From Eledone cirrhosa (Eukaryota), in NCBI GenBank assembly GCA_964016885.1, contig OZ024742.1, positions 138,012,001-138,076,000 on the forward strand: a stretch of DNA of 64,000 bases, written 5' to 3'. The notes beneath the pieces are model-generated. The model had not been told where the DNA came from. It searched no databases and saw only the letters and a list, made by a program, of their open reading frames with translations. How positions within the stretch are numbered: the stretch's first letter is position 1; each line of letters starts with the position of its first letter. The translations under genes and the position numbers were made by a program. Positions 35,355-51,647 of the stretch are shown here, piece after piece.

Positions 35355-36067
35355 TATCCAATTAATTCATAATGCATCCTAATCTTTGAAACTAAAGTTT
35401 TATCCAACCTTACATGGCCAGACTTTACGCCTTTATCTGGAATGTTTTGTTTTCTCATAAATGTCTAAATCCTCAAATTCCATCGTAATGTTATCCATCT
35501 AAGACTTCACCAGACTACACGGCCTTATTATTATAATGGCTCTCACCCCTCGTCCTTCGACTAATTGGTTCAAGAAAATTCTTAATATTTATTTTCATGA
35601 AGGTGAAGCATTACAAATTTGCATTACCAGCGTCTGTTATTACTCCAAGCATACGAATTGTTCTATCATAGATTTTTCAAACAACCCCAGTTAAAGGAGA
35701 AGTGTAATGAGACATAACAACGTTTTTTTAATGTATCGTTACGTTTCCACTATGATATATCTGATGGGTTGTATAGTTTTAGGTGTATTCTTCTATAACA
35801 AATTAAATATAAAATGTGTTGGAAAAAATATAATTCCAAGCAGTTAGGAAGGTTTCCGATGAAATATTGTCGTAATCTCCCAGTAGTATATTGTTTTTCA
35901 TTAGCTTAACCCAATAAATGAAAAGGTATTGCATGTTTGTCAAATGGGCATTAGGGATTAAAAGATATTTACATAGAACGATATCCAATAACCACGTACA
36001 TTAATCATTTGATTTGGATGCAATCTATTGACACCTATTTAACATTCGCAGTACCTGTTACTATCAT

Positions 36068-36114
<47 letters not shown>

Positions 36115-36117
<3 letters not shown>

Positions 36118-36460
36118 TGTACCCCCGGCATTCGCAGTCCCGGTTATTCGCGGAATTTTCCTTAGAACCATACTAATAATCCTTCTTGGAAACCATGGCA
36201 TATTCGTGGAGTCGTAAATATCTTCCGCGATTCTTTTATGGCTTTTTTCGAGGCAATATATTTTTTTTTAACGCTTCATTACTAATAACAATATTGCCTA
36301 TTGGACGCCACTTCGCATAAGACGCTCCCACTTCTTTTATTATATATTACGTTATATTTTGAGGTTTATAGGCATTTTTATGGACCACGTCCAATATTCG
36401 CGATTTCACTCTTCGTTTTGCTCTAGGATTGTAGCCCCCGAGAATACCGTAGGAGAACTG
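36115..36460. mobile_element. pogo/Tigger-like MITE
   Basis: TA-cagtgtacccccggcattcgc ... gagaataccgtaggagaactg-TA imperfect TIRs starting CAGT; internal attcgcg repeats. Confidence 0.65.
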
Positions 36461-36989
36461 TATATATATGAAATTCTATACGTTCATTTTTATTTTATGC
36501 CTTTATATATATATAGTAGTGCGTTGTCATTAATGTGGTAAAGTGTATTTATTCGTGGAAATGCCTGTACATAGATTTAAGCCGAGTTTAGAATGACAAT
36601 ACTTGTTATGACAATACTTGTTGATGTTCTACTAATTACGTACATATAAACGTATCTATTTATCTCATCATATAGGCATTCCTCAATTTAGATGTGCCTG
36701 CTTATATATATATATATATATATGCATGTGTATATTCGAAAATGTATGTATATATATAAAAGTGCAGGTTTACCTGCGCATGTATGTATATAATGTACGT
36801 ATGATTCTAGTTTATGTTAGCTTGTATATAGCGTAAGCCTATGATATATATCCGTCGTTATGTGCGATACGGTAATGGATGTGTTTTTTATCAGTAATCT
36901 TACGTCCAAGGTCATCGCACGTTCTAGAGACTGTCTATACACTTTATTAACGTCATTATGTTCAGGGAATTTCAGTTTTAGAAAAAAGT

Positions 36990-37189
<200 letters not shown>

Positions 37190-37700
37190 TGTATATATAT
37201 ATATATGTATATATATATGTATATAGGAATGTATGTATGTATGTATGCATGTATGCGCGCATGTGTGTGTGTGTATACCCACTGAGATATAATTGCAATA
37301 TAACTAAATAAGTAGGTAGATTGGTGTGGGATATGGGAAAAATCACTTAGAAGGAAAAATTACATAATTGATTTTTATTGAATTAGATGTAGTAAAAAAG
37401 GCTTTTATAATGGAATATTTAAGGAAATATATTGATAGATAGATAGATAGATAGAGCGGCGGATATAGATAGATAGATAGGTAGATAGAAAGATATATAA
37501 ATAGATAGATAGGTAGATAGATAGATAGATAGATAGAAGGAAAGATAGATAGATATACAGGCACACACATACACATATATATATACACACACACACACAC
37601 AGATATATTTATATACACAGTGAGAGAGAGAGAGAGAGAGAGAAAGAGAATCAGGTAGAAAGACGGATAAACTGACAGAGACAGGCAGACAGACAGATAA

Positions 37701-37745
<45 letters not shown>

Positions 37746-38100
37746 AAGATAGATAGAAAGATAGATAGAAAGATGGCTGTGATGACTGGTTACCAGAATC
37801 ATCGACTTGCAAATTATGATAAACAGATAAATATACACCATACCTACGTTTAGTCTACATTTTTTTATTACAGATTTACGCCTATTTTCCTGATTTACCT
37901 TTTGTTTACATTTTCATTTGTTTCTCGCACCACCCCGACCCACCCTACACAATCTCACTCTATTTTTGTCGCTTTCTTTCATGTGTTCATTTCCTTCATC
38001 ACAATTTTGAAACATATTTACAAATATGCTTACACACCCACACACACATACATATATCTATATGTATATGGGTTTTAGTCTTCATATTTATTATTATTAC

Positions 38101-38163
<63 letters not shown>

Positions 38164-39702
38164 TCACATATACACTCTCACTACACACACACACTCACCC
38201 CCCCCCCCCACATATATATATATTTATATATACACCATCACTTTCTTCCTCTTTTTCATACTTTTTCCTATTTCCTACACTCATTCTCTTTTATCTAACA
38301 GTTTTCTCCCTCCTACCCTGCTGCTTTTTTCTTTTCTTTCCATCTTTCATCACCATTTCCTTTTCTTCATTTCCATCCACCTTTTTCTTCTTTTGCCTTT
38401 TTCTCTATCTCTCGTGTGTTTTAAATATCTATTTAGCCCTTCCTGTATCGATTTTTTTTATTAATCCACTTATACCACCTATCTGTGCTTTAAATACATT
38501 TAAGGACTACATCGGTCAATTGCAGCCGTACTTGCATATTGGTTTTAAATGTACTGCTGCAATAAGAGGAGAATAGAGTAACGGGAATGTTTGAAAAACA
38601 AATGGTTGCAGTAGCAGCAGCTTCTATATTTCACAAACCTAACGATGAGAAGAATACAAAATATCATGGAGATTTGAATATTCATTATAGCAGGACGTTT
38701 TAGCACGTATCTGATTTTCCACAACAGGCCTAGGGCAGTACAAAGAAGACAACAATGATAACGACAACAGCCTTAACACCAACGACGACTACATCTACCA
38801 CAACACTATCATAACATAAATAAAACACTACTACTTACAAGGAAAATAAAATTGAAGGGTCATTTTTTTCCTCTTAGTTTGCTAGAAATAGCAGAATATG
38901 GCAGCATAAAAATGAAAAGAATACACTGAATAATGCAGTACGTGATACATTATGCTTAAAGAAAGCGGGACCGTCAGTGCTGTAATGCCTTCTCATGACT
39001 ACTCGATCTGCTCTTAGAAAGCCAAAATAATTTTAAAAATAAAAAAAAATAAAATGCGTTTCCAAGGACTCCTCAACAGGACTCCTCTTTGGAATAATGA
39101 CGTTTTGATAATTTATTTAAATTTCTCTCTCGGTCTCTCTCTCTCACCTTCTCTCCCTCGCTCATATTTACTGTGTCTCTCTCAGACATATGAGAAGACC
39201 CGAAACCTATTCCTCAGCACGTCACCAGTTTGTTCGAAGAAATTTGACATCAGAACATTTTGGGCATTGTTAACAGCAGCAATAAAATCCACAACGACTG
39301 TAGCAACAACAACAACGACAGCAGTAGAAACAACAGGAAAAACAACAGCTAATACTACATGTTAGAACTTAGCTAAAAGTTGCAAGAACGGCAACCATAA
39401 TAAAAGGAACGACAACAGTCAGACATGTTCCATGTGTGGGCTCTTTCTGGGCACTTGACCTCAATGTAGGAGCCAGGCATCTTTGAAATCACACATTAAT
39501 AGATTATGAATACATTGGAAACTATTTTCCTACATAAATGAATTGTCTGCAAATATGATACCAGCAACGAGAATGGAACGCCTTTGAAAAAAGAACAACA
39601 ACATCTGCAAGAACAACTCATTTGCAAAAGCATAAACACAACAGTAAAAACTAAATTAAGAAAAACAAAAACCATGTGCATGGTTAAATTATATATATAT
39701 AT

Positions 39703-39767
<65 letters not shown>

Positions 39768-40048
39768 CAGACACACACACAAAATTAGCAATTAAATGTA
39801 TTACACTAAGATGTGTTTGTTTTATATTTTGTATCTCGGCTCTGTAGTACATTTGATAATTTACATTGAGCCATTTCTCTTACCGGTAACTGGCTAGTAC
39901 TTTGTACTACCCTCCATATTTATAATTATATATAAACCATATGTATAAATATTAATATTATTACTATATATATAGTCCCCCCCCCCCCCCATCGTCGCTC
40001 CTTTCCACCAATAATTCCCTCGGAAATGTTACCTTTTACTGAATTTTT

Positions 40049-40097
40049 CTGTCTGAAGAAATCACGATATCTATCGTCATGGAAATATGTATAACTG
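40049..40097 (+). ncRNA. Degenerate hammerhead ribozyme
   Basis: ctgt-CTGAAGA-aatcacgata tc tatcgtcatg-GAAA-tatgt-ATA-actg. Core intact; mismatches in stems I and II. Confidence 0.55.
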
Positions 40098-40262
40098 TTC
40101 AATTAATAAAAGACTCTAACATCTACAACTACATCAGATTCCTCTTTACATATATATAGCGTCCGAAACGTTAAGACCCTCTTCCTGCTATTTCAAGCGT
40201 TAACCTAATATATTCCTTCCATATATACCGATTGGATTGTGTTGTTATATCTGTTAACTTTT

Positions 40263-40386
<124 letters not shown>

Positions 40387-41921
40387 CATATACCTTTGCA
40401 CAGAATAAGTCTTAGAACTTTACAATAACTTAAATAACAAAGTAGTTTCGAAATATTCCATCCAGCTAAATCCCCCTCAAAGCACATTCTAGCACGTAGA
40501 AAGGCCTTACATATTAGAAAATGATTCTTTTATATTGTAACCGAATAGTTGGTCATAACTGGAATGGACATGACTGCTAATCAGCAGCATGAGCAACTAA
40601 AATATATTGAATGACACTGTCAATATTAAATCATAACTTTAGTAGCAAATAAAACAAAACACTAGACTTTCTATTTAATGTTGATCTGAATGAAAAATAA
40701 AAATAAATGAACAACAAGAGCAACATCAACGTTACAACTATCAGTAACAATAAACATAATCTCTGTAACAGCTTCTCTAGAATACTTCAATGTGTCACAA
40801 ATACCAGCTGAATATCCTTCAAACCACACCGAACTGATGGAAATAGAAACGAATACAGTGGATAACATGACATTTAGATTGAACAATTATATCATCATTA
40901 TCATCTTTCGAACTCAGTAGAGATAAAATACGCAATATCCCGTCAGTAGTTGTTGTCCTGCCTGGCAACTCCCAGGTTACCCCGCCCAATACCAGAGTCC
41001 CTTGATATGGGATCAGCATAAGTCAGTTTGGAGGATTTACGGTCGACAGGCTCCGGTTTTCAGAGGATAAAAGGGTGATACTACCTCACTGTCTGCTCTA
41101 TGGTATTGATCAGTAAATTGCACCCTTCTTACTTTAACAATCCGTGGAAGTTCAGGTTTTTCGCAGTTAAAACGACTTACACACTATAAAGCAACATTTT
41201 TGTAAGCCAAAAAATAAAGCTATAAAGATTATGCCTAAAAGTAGACCCAGTAATACTAATGATTGTAGCACCCAACAGAATGATGTACGTTCTCCTTCAC
41301 CGTGACCATTGCCAGAAGATATATTCAGAAAGTATACACGGAAAAGATCTCATAACAACCAAAATCAAAACCTTTCTTGTCAGAGCGCCCAGACTGGATA
41401 TCAATGATCTGCAGCAGTATGGCATATCTATGATATTATATGTATTTAGATAGCACCTATTCTTGCACCTGATTAATTATCATAGTTCTGCTTGATCATA
41501 ACTTACCTACAGCTATACAACAACAACATCATTGCAACATACTACAATAAACACAGATGTAGCAACAGGAGAGAAAGCCATTGCATACTACACGGAAAAT
41601 ATTGCAATTCAACAGCAAAATATAGAAATATATAAAATAACGACGAAATATACTGCAGCTATATAATGATTTAATTAAATTATGAATAATCAATGTTATA
41701 CATTTTAGATTGTGTTATATTACCATAGCAATCTCCATCTTTCTTTTGTATACCTCTCTAATTTACTAAAGATACTTGAAGGCATTCATAATACTATTCT
41801 TTTACCATAGCACTTGTCATTTTTGGTCTGTGTTGTTCTCATTTGATTATTTGAAATTAGGCTACGCTTTGTGTTATACAGAGTAGTTTTCTTGATTCAA
41901 ATGTTTTTCTCATCAGAAATA

Positions 41922-42275
41922 AATACATCATCATCATTGCGATCCCAGTCGACTAATCCTGACAAAATTACTCCCGGATTCACGATTTTCCATTGCCCAA
42001 GCAACTGCTTCCTACTGAAGTTTGTATCATCTGAGAGTTGAGTGATGAATGTCCGAGCAGGTCTTCTTTGCGTTTCACATGAGTTGGTTCCCACAATAGT
42101 AGCTTGTGTATATTTTCCTGCACACTTCTCCAGCAATGTTCTGCAAATCGTAACCGTCTTTGAGCAATTATAGTTGTTATATTGAGCAAGTTTCTCTATG
42201 AATTTTCATTTGTCATACATTGACGCCAGTTCGTCTTCTGTACAACCCTAAGAATTTTAATGCATGCACCATCTA
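41922..42275 (-). mobile_element. 3' end of an RTE-type LINE with (GAT)n tail
   Basis: LDGACIKILRVV...IAQRRLRFAEHCWRS...KLLLWEPTH, followed by a short GAT tail. Confidence 0.85.
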
Positions 42276-42554
42276 ATTACAGGAGGAGTTGGGCCCTCTG
42301 TTCAAATTAGCAACTGGAAAACAAACCATTACTTGAATAAATAGAGTACGTCTAAATACGGTGTTTGAAGATAAATCAAACTTATTCTCTGACGGAAGAA
42401 ATAAAAAGATGTCGCCCAATGTGTTTAGTTTCTTGAAGTTCATTAGTGGAATCATCCTTTTAGTAAATGGCTGTAGCATTTGCCCATAACTGACATATTG
42501 TAATAAACTGTACATCTTAGAAACAATGTCTAGTATATCGAGTGTTGAGCTTAC

Positions 42555-42800
42555 AATCGTGAGCGTATAGGCTCAATTCCTGGACTGAGCAGTGCGTTGT
42601 GACCTTGAGCAAAGCACATTTCACGTTGCTTCAGTTCACTCAGCTACAGAAATGAGTTGCGACGTCACAAGTTGTATCGCACTTTGCCTTTTCCCAGTGA
42701 CATGGAGTGGAGAGACAGATACGCAACAGCGATTGCTGGTCTTCCACAAAACAACCGTACTCGGGTTTGTGTCTTAGAGGTGCAAATCCCATGGTCATTA
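42555..42800 (+). mobile_element. Decayed SINE (second family)
   Basis: B-box-like ggctcaattcc followed by gttgtgaccttgagcaaagcacattt...cactcagct...aatgagt, a common SINE core pattern. Confidence 0.6.
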
Positions 42801-43681
42801 TCCTTTAAAGAAACAAGAAATTTTACATCTTCTGTAAGTTCTTTTTGGTATTTCTGCTATATACTATTACCAATTATCTATTAAAATAGAGGGGATTAGA
42901 TGTAGTTTGAAATTAGTGTATGAATGAATAACGTCGAAAAAAAGAAAGGAGAGTCTGAGAGATAGAAAGACGAGTTGATATAACAAGGATGGAGAGACAG
43001 AGCAAGAGAAGCATATTACAGTTAAAGTGTTACATGAATAACGAGATCAGAAGAATAGCCCTAGTGCTGGTTAGTTTGAGTGTGAGTGAATACAATAGAG
43101 TGAGGAAAGTAGAAAAACATGCGGAGATAAACAGATACAGAATTAGAGATACAGATTGTGAGTGGTTCAAAGAAAAATAGAGAAAGGTGTAATATTGGTA
43201 TAATATTGTTACTATTTTTTTGCCCCAGGTCAGCATTCACATCAAAGCATTCCTTCTTTTAGGGATGCGTAGGACTTCATTATCCCATGCGTGCTCCCTT
43301 GTGCAAAATGACAGCATGTGACTTGTATGAATTTTGACTGCTTTTGCAGGTTTGGAAATCACGTGGATGCACCCTGTTTCGTGTAATACATGAGAGAAAA
43401 AGAATGAAACAGAATTCATAAGAAAGCGTGTGAGTCTGATTGAAAGAATATATGAAAATATATATGAAAATAAAAATTAAAGCATTTTAAATATCTAAAG
43501 AAAAAAGCAAACAAACATCTGTGCCAATAGGAAGACATTGTTTAACACTGTATTAAACTTTAAAATGCTGACATACTGAACACTCGTTCAATTTTAGAGA
43601 GTGATGAATATAGAAACAACGACCGAGACAGAGCGATAAGAGGAAATAGAGACGGAGAGGAAGAAAGAGACAAATAGAGAA

Positions 43682-43785
<104 letters not shown>

Positions 43786-44307
43786 GAAGCGAGAGCAGGC
43801 GAATAGTTTATATATTGTTAGAAAACGCGAGAAGAAATTACAAATAAAAAAAACGGAGAAGATAGGTATCGGAGTCCCAAGAGTAAAACAAAACACTATT
43901 AAAGCTTCAGATACTCTGTTACATAGGGGAGACGGTGGAAACCTTGTATATGATAGATAGCTATATATAAATACAGGGTTATACAGACATAAAGAGACGG
44001 ACACATTTACAGAGAAACAGGAAAAGATGGTTTGCTAAATATGTATATATGGAAAGAAAGGGAGTTGTAGAAAATAAAATAGGGAAAGAAAGAAGAGAAA
44101 AGAGAAATAGTTTACTCTAGTATCATGTAAAAACAAACATACCGATATACAAGACGGCCAGAGGGAGAGGTATAAGAGGGTAAGAGAGAGCAAGAAAGAG
44201 GGAAAGCAAAGGAGAGAAAGCGAGCGAGGGAGAGAGGGAGGTAGAGAGAGGGGGAGAGAGAGAGAGAAAGTTAAAGAGCAAGAAAGAGAGAGCGAAGGAG
44301 AGAGAGC

Positions 44308-44346
<39 letters not shown>

Positions 44347-44858
44347 AGAGAGAGTGAAGGAGAGAGAGTGTAAGTGAGTAAGGCCGATATAGATTTAAAT
44401 ATAGACTTAGAGATGAAGATAGAATAGATTATAAAGATGAATACAAATATTCTGAGAGAGTGAAAGTGAAAAAGTGACAAAAAGCGAAAAAGCAATCAAT
44501 GGTGGCAGGACTGTTAGAGAGGGAGAAATAAACAGTTGGTTCTAGTGAAAATGAAGATACACTTATAAATATGTAGTCTGATAAAGATACAGAATGAAAA
44601 ACAGTGTCATATGAAGATAGAGAGGTGGGAAGAAAAGATATATAGAAAGAAAGCGACAGAAATATAGAGAGATGGGGGGAGAAATAGACAGATAGAGGTA
44701 TATAGATAGATAGATAGATATATAGATAGATAGATAGATATTAGATAGATATCTTTCTTTATTTGCCACAGGGGCGTACAAAAATGGGACATTACAAGAC
44801 GTGACGGCGGGGATTTTACATAGGATGGATAGGTAGATAGACAGATAGTTAATAGTTA

Positions 44859-47800
44859 TATTTCTTTATTAGCCACAAGGGCGCACAAGAAAAGGGGACA
44901 AAACAAAGACATGCCGGGAATTTTACATACAATCGTGTAAAAAAAATATAAAACAAACAATTTTGACAATCGAAATCCCCAATAGGGAGGAGGCACCGCA
45001 AATCGGTTGTTTAATACCCCGTCGATAGAACAGGAGCGTGTTGTGCAGGTGTTCCTTTCTTCCTTTTGCTCTCTTGTTCAACCTGCAGGTTTATATACAG
45101 AGAAGGCCCAATCACTCGGGCCATTTTCGCCACATTCACCCACCTTTCAGTAAATTTATTGGGGTGCAGTGCCTCTCTCTCCCCTCTGATTCTCCTTCTA
45201 AAGTGGTATCTAAAGAAGGGCATGAGTTGTTGTCCGGAGAGAAAGGCACCTGTCCTCAGTCCTCTCAATCTGGACCACCATATAACCTCTTTCACCATAG
45301 CCACTATACAGCGGAAAACCGCGTCTCTTTCGTTTTTGAAAGAAGTTGGCGGTTTGATCCTTACTATGGACTCGGCAGTCAACTGGATTTGTCCCATACG
45401 CGACAGCAGTTGTTCCGTGTAGTTCCACATGCTGGTTACGCTCGGAAAATTGCGTGCAGGACGGTTTCAATGTCCTGCGCGCATCTTGCACACGTCCTCT
45501 TGGAAGGATCCCTGCCGGGGCGTCCGTGCCTGTAGATCTTGTTACGAACTGGTAGAGCTCCTCGGTAGCACTGCCAGGCCAGGGACCTATGGAAGTTGTC
45601 CATGGGTCCCGGGCGGAAAGTCCTACCAAACAGACTGGTGAGTTTGTCGTCTTCGACGCCTAGAGTCTCTACAAGCACGTGGTCCTCCTTGTGACGTACT
45701 AACCCTCTATAGAATGTCGAAGTGGAGTCTCCACTGATTGCCGTGCCCGCTTGACAGAGGACTGTGAGCGCCTGAGCGCATTCAATGTGCCAGGCGCCCA
45801 TCTTCGTCTTCGCTTGATCCAGGACTGCAACTCCATCAGCGAGACAAGTTACTGGAAGGCCTGTCTCACAAACGGTGCCCACATCGGTTGGGGGTCGATG
45901 AGGTATACCTGTAGATACCGTAGCCTCAGCGCATGCTTGCGCATCATCAGCCACGGCTTTCCCAGCCCTGCGTTGGAAGGGTGCTGACAGCAGACAGATC
46001 TCCTCACCAGTGGAGCCTGCTACTTTCAAAAGAACTGGAAAAACATGCGTTCCATCTTGGCGAGGTGTTCGCGGGGACAAGGCACGACGGTCAAGCGTTA
46101 GTAAATGACGGACGCTATGAAAATGTTCGCCACCTCCGCTCGACCTTTCAAGGATAGTTTGCACTATGCCCATTTCTGGGTGAGCGCAAATACCTTGGCC
46201 GTGAACTCGTTCCAGTTTTTTTCCACCTAGAGGTCCGGACGGAAGCAGACGCCGAGCAATTTCACCGGTCCGTCCGTCCAGCGTCGGACGGCACCGGTTT
46301 GCCTCCCTCCGTTCCGAGTTGCAAACCGAAAGACTTGTCCGGGTTCAGTTTTGTTCCTGTGGGTCTTTTGTATTGCTGCAGTAAGTTGCCGATCGCCCGA
46401 TTTCGGAGGCTTCCTACACCATTACCGTCACGTCGTCGGCATAAGCCAACGCCACTTTCCGCAGTCCCGGTTCGAATGGAATGCCCTGCAGCAGCTCCAA
46501 CTTCCGCAGTAGTGGCTCTAGAGTCAGTACGTACAGAATGAAGGAGAGAGGGCATCAATGTCGGATGGAACACGTGATTGTGAACGGCTCCGACAGGTAG
46601 CCGTTCACCTTGACCATTGAGCAGATGTTGGTGTGCATTGCGGCGATCCAGCCTCTGAAGACGGGTCCGAAACCGGCCGCCTTGAGAACCGCTTCCAAGT
46701 ATCGATGGTCGACGCTATCGAACGCCTTAGAATGATCTAAATTGATAAGAGCCCCACCAAAGCCGGGTTTACACCCCACCCTCTCTATGATGTATCGTAT
46801 GAGGTGGTGGTCGGGATTGCACACGATTGCGCTTTCCCTACCAGGTTCTCGACGACAAGCGCGTACCTCTTTGCCAACACCTTGGCCAAAATCTTTAACT
46901 CTGTGTTGAGCAGAGTTATGGGCCTAAAGTTAAGATCATCCCCCTTGATCTCGTCTTTCCTGATCAGCGTTACTACGCCCCTGCCTGCAGAACTGGGAAT
47001 TCTCCCGTTCTGCTGCCAGTACAAGTGGACGGCATCGAGGACGCCAGAGAACAAGTCCGACATGCCTATGTAAGACTGATAGGGTAGGTAGACCATGTAG
47101 ACCGGGTGATTTGCGTTTCCCACAGCGGCTCAGAGCGTCTCGTTTCTCAGTGGCTGTGATCGGTCTTTGGCAGAACTCGGCGTCCATGCTCGAGAGACGC
47201 GGCAGGCCGTCGAGGTATGACCGAAGTCCATTTCCCCGTTCGACGCACCGCCACTCTGCCGAAAAGTTGCGCAAAGTGCCACTGAAAGGCCGCGCACATC
47301 CGCTTGAGGTCAAGTAGCATGCGTCCGATTTGGTCTTTCAAAGACCGAATCGTGGACTTGTTGCCACTTTTCGCCTCTGCCACTCGGGCCCAGCTAACAG
47401 CTTTCGCTCCCTCGTTTCCTAGAGTACGGGATTGCTTCTGACCACGCAGCCTTCGTGTTTCGCGTCGAGGAACTGGTCCAGTGCCGTTCTCGTTGCTAGC
47501 ACTCTAGCTACGTTGCCACTCCTAAGCGCCTCCTCTACCTCGGCTACTAGTTCCGTTTCAGTTTTGTTTCTCTCTAAGGCTAACTCTCTGCTAAAGTCTA
47601 CCGACTCTTGAGGAAGTACCACCATATGTTGTTGAAGATGGCTCCTGTCAATTGTTGCTTAACTAATCTACTTATCCGTTCACTGTAGGCATTACGTGCC
47701 GGTAGCGACACGTTCAGCTTCCAGTATCCGGGTCCTTGTCTATGTATTCTATCACGGTTGACTATGCAGATGACTAGTTTGTGGTCTGAATAGGCAACCA

Positions 47801-47913
47801 TGTGCATTTGTGGACAGCTTAACATCATCTTGTCTTTCTCTCTAATAAAAAACCTATCTAAATACGCTCTAGATGTCCCGCTGCGGTTTGCCCACGTCCA
47901 CCGTCGTGTAGTC
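44859..47913 (-). mobile_element. 5'-truncated Tx1/L1-clade LINE ORF2 (APE C-term, RT, zinc finger), frameshifted
   Basis: WTWANRSGTSRAYLDRFF, SDHKLV, GPGYWKLNVS, KSPG, NFRPITLLNTELKILAKVLAKR, LDHSKAFDSVDH, AYADDV, CARCAQDIETVLHA. AATAAA 3' end abuts (TATC)n. A second isolated 3' end lies at 44753-44822. Confidence 0.95.
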
Positions 47914-48259
47914 GGATAGATAGATAAATAGAGAGATAGATGGATGGATAAATAGATATATAGATAGATGGATGCACAGATATATGGATAGAGAGATAGA
48001 TAGGTAGATAGATAATAGATAGATGGATAGATGGGGAGAGACGAAAGTGAGATATATATCGGCAATACATCATATAAAGAGGGGAAATATAAGTGGAGAA
48101 ATGAATACACTCCATATTGCTACACAACTGTAGACTGATAGACGGATAGAGGCATATATAAATGAACAGAAAAATGTAGAGACAAAAGAAGAAAGACATT
48201 TTGTACAGTGCAACGTCGTTTTGATAACCGATCGGTTATTGCATTCTCTCATGCTGCAA

Positions 48260-48955
<696 letters not shown>

Positions 48956-49243
48956 CCCCCTCCTTTTTTAAACTGGTGCCACAACGAGCACATGATTTTG
49001 TTGAACACATCCTTAGCTATTAACAGCGACTCAGGACACGGACTGTTCGAAGCGGCCGTTAATCATAACTGATTTTACGAACATCCATCAATGCCCCTTC
49101 TCGCCGGTCCCAATCTATCATCTTCTAACTCTCAAACAACTAATCTTATCCTCTCTGGGACACATATTTTTCAACCTTTGTCTACTGAACATCTCTATAT
49201 TCAAACATCGATCAGAACATAATACCTGCGCATATAAATACAG

Positions 49244-49275
<32 letters not shown>

Positions 49276-49295
49276 GGAGAGAGATAGAGAGAGAT

Positions 49296-49378
<83 letters not shown>

Positions 49379-50420
49379 GCATTCCTTACTATTCAACTAT
49401 TCCAACTCTATATCAGCTACAAAAATGTCAAGATGTTCTGATACAAAATCTCATATTCTCTCATTCATAAATTAAATTCCATCCTCTAATACTCACTAAA
49501 ATCCACCAATTATCGTATAAACATTTCTCGTTTTATCTCAAACACATACATATATGTGTCTTGACCCCTCTCTGAATTCGTCACTCTCGGTGACGACAAC
49601 CTCCACAATTTTTCCTGACTTTTTCCCCCCTCTAATACCAGTATTCCTGATTCAAACCCGAATTATATTCTATGTAACGGTAAGTTTTAGTTTTAATAAA
49701 TATATTTTGAAAGACATAATGCACCATGAAAAACCGGCATCTATTTCCGAATTCGATTGCATTTTCAAATAACAACCGTCTCTGTATCATTTAAACTGAA
49801 CATCGCGTGAATAATCTTATCAATCTATTATAAGATATTTACACAAAATATTCTTGGAAACAGAATGCTTCACCTCAGACCAAGCCGGGAGAGCTGGTCG
49901 GGTGACCAAAACCACCCTAGTTGACATGACTCTTCAAACCCCTAGCAAATATTTCATAGGTAGCTGCAGTGTAAAAGTGTGGGTGACCACGTTAGATGAT
50001 AGCATCTAGGAAATAGGCTAGAATACTCCAGAATGAAACGGTATTATACACTAACGCCCGAACAGAAAGTAGACATTTGCTCCTTTGCATAACCCAACTC
50101 TAATAACCAAGCATATTTTCACTTATCCGAAATGCTTTAAGATGATAGCTGCATAAACAGTATTCGTACTGACAACAAATGCATCCGGCCTTAAACTGTA
50201 CACAAGGGGAAAAACCCAACCAAACGTTTACACATATAAATACCGCGTGAAAAACTACCCACGAATATATTATACATATATAATTCAAGGCAGGAGTGAA
50301 GCATTTCAATTGTTAAACGTAAATACACATGCATAAACCTTCTTTCCGTAACTGCATCCGATACAAAAATAAGGAAAAAATATGTTGTATATTTAAGTTC
50401 AAGCAAACATGCATACATAT

Positions 50421-50590
<170 letters not shown>

Positions 50591-50650
50591 CTAAGCACTT
50601 TCTACGAGTTTCCTTGGTATGTTCTAAATAGAAGCCATATCTCATTCAAT

Positions 50651-50776
50651 CCGTCGAAACGGCTTGAGCTCAGCTGTCGGGGTCTTACTGGTTCCTATTA
50701 CCCACTCTACTACCTCAAGTATTGAGTACTTTGGTGCGTTATGGTCCACCTGGTTCCTTACCACATTTCCTTCGTT
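50651..50776 (+). mobile_element. Family B PLE terminal fragment (hammerhead 3' half plus tail)
   Basis: ccgtc-GAAAC-ggcttgagctcagct-GTC-ggggt...gtattgagtactttggtgcgttatgg...ttccttcgtt; reverse complement of 19087-19198. Confidence 0.85.
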
Positions 50777-50850
50777 ATATATATATATATATATATCGTT
50801 TCTGAATTTGTATAGCAAGATTCTTTATCTGAAAACGTGTGTTGAAACCG

Positions 50851-51647
50851 ATATTGTTATACTTTGGGAGGGTCATGTTGCCAATAAGAAACTAACACAC
50901 CAGTTGCTTTCTCTCCAATTTATTATAAATTAAATTATAAGTTTAAAAATGTGTTTCCCATGCACTACTCTATGGAGCAGAAAGGAAGCTAATCAATAAA
51001 TATTCTATAACCCGTATGCAGGGACACAAACACATGCACACATGTATGTAATCAAACACATGCACAAATATACACACACAGTTAAATATAATAATAGTCG
51101 ATCAACAACATCCCAGACTTCATTCTCTTAACGAGTGGAGTGCAACTCGTCAAATCGGTCCGAGGAAACAATGTTTCCATTGTTAGTACTATCGACCGGT
51201 TACAAATCCAGGCAGAAAAAGCAATGTGAAATAATGTGTCTTCCTTAAAGACATAACGATGTATGTGTGAAGATACTCTGATAGAATACAAGAGAATATA
51301 TTTCCAACAACAGATAACAAAGATATGCCACAAGAGTTACCACATAAACTTTTAGAACCAGATTTACAACATATTAAAATAGCATCGAACCAGTCCTGTG
51401 TTACTTCCTCCGCACTCCAACTGATGTCACAGGTGTGTGACGAAAGAACTTTCATAGACTCTCTATCTATATATGTTTATATCTGTATTTTTAACCGTTG
51501 GTCAATCAATGATAAACATTGATTGCCAGATAAATTAACTATGAAGATATAAAAGATACAGAAGTGAAAACCAATCCAAACCAAAGAGTGAGTGTGTTTT
51601 ATTATTATTTCTGGAAATATTATAACAATATGACCCTCCCCAAATAT

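Noticed and set aside
35380-36060. Possible LINE endonuclease remnant (ILLGDY) on the minus strand
   Set aside because: Single short motif amid many stops; insufficient support.
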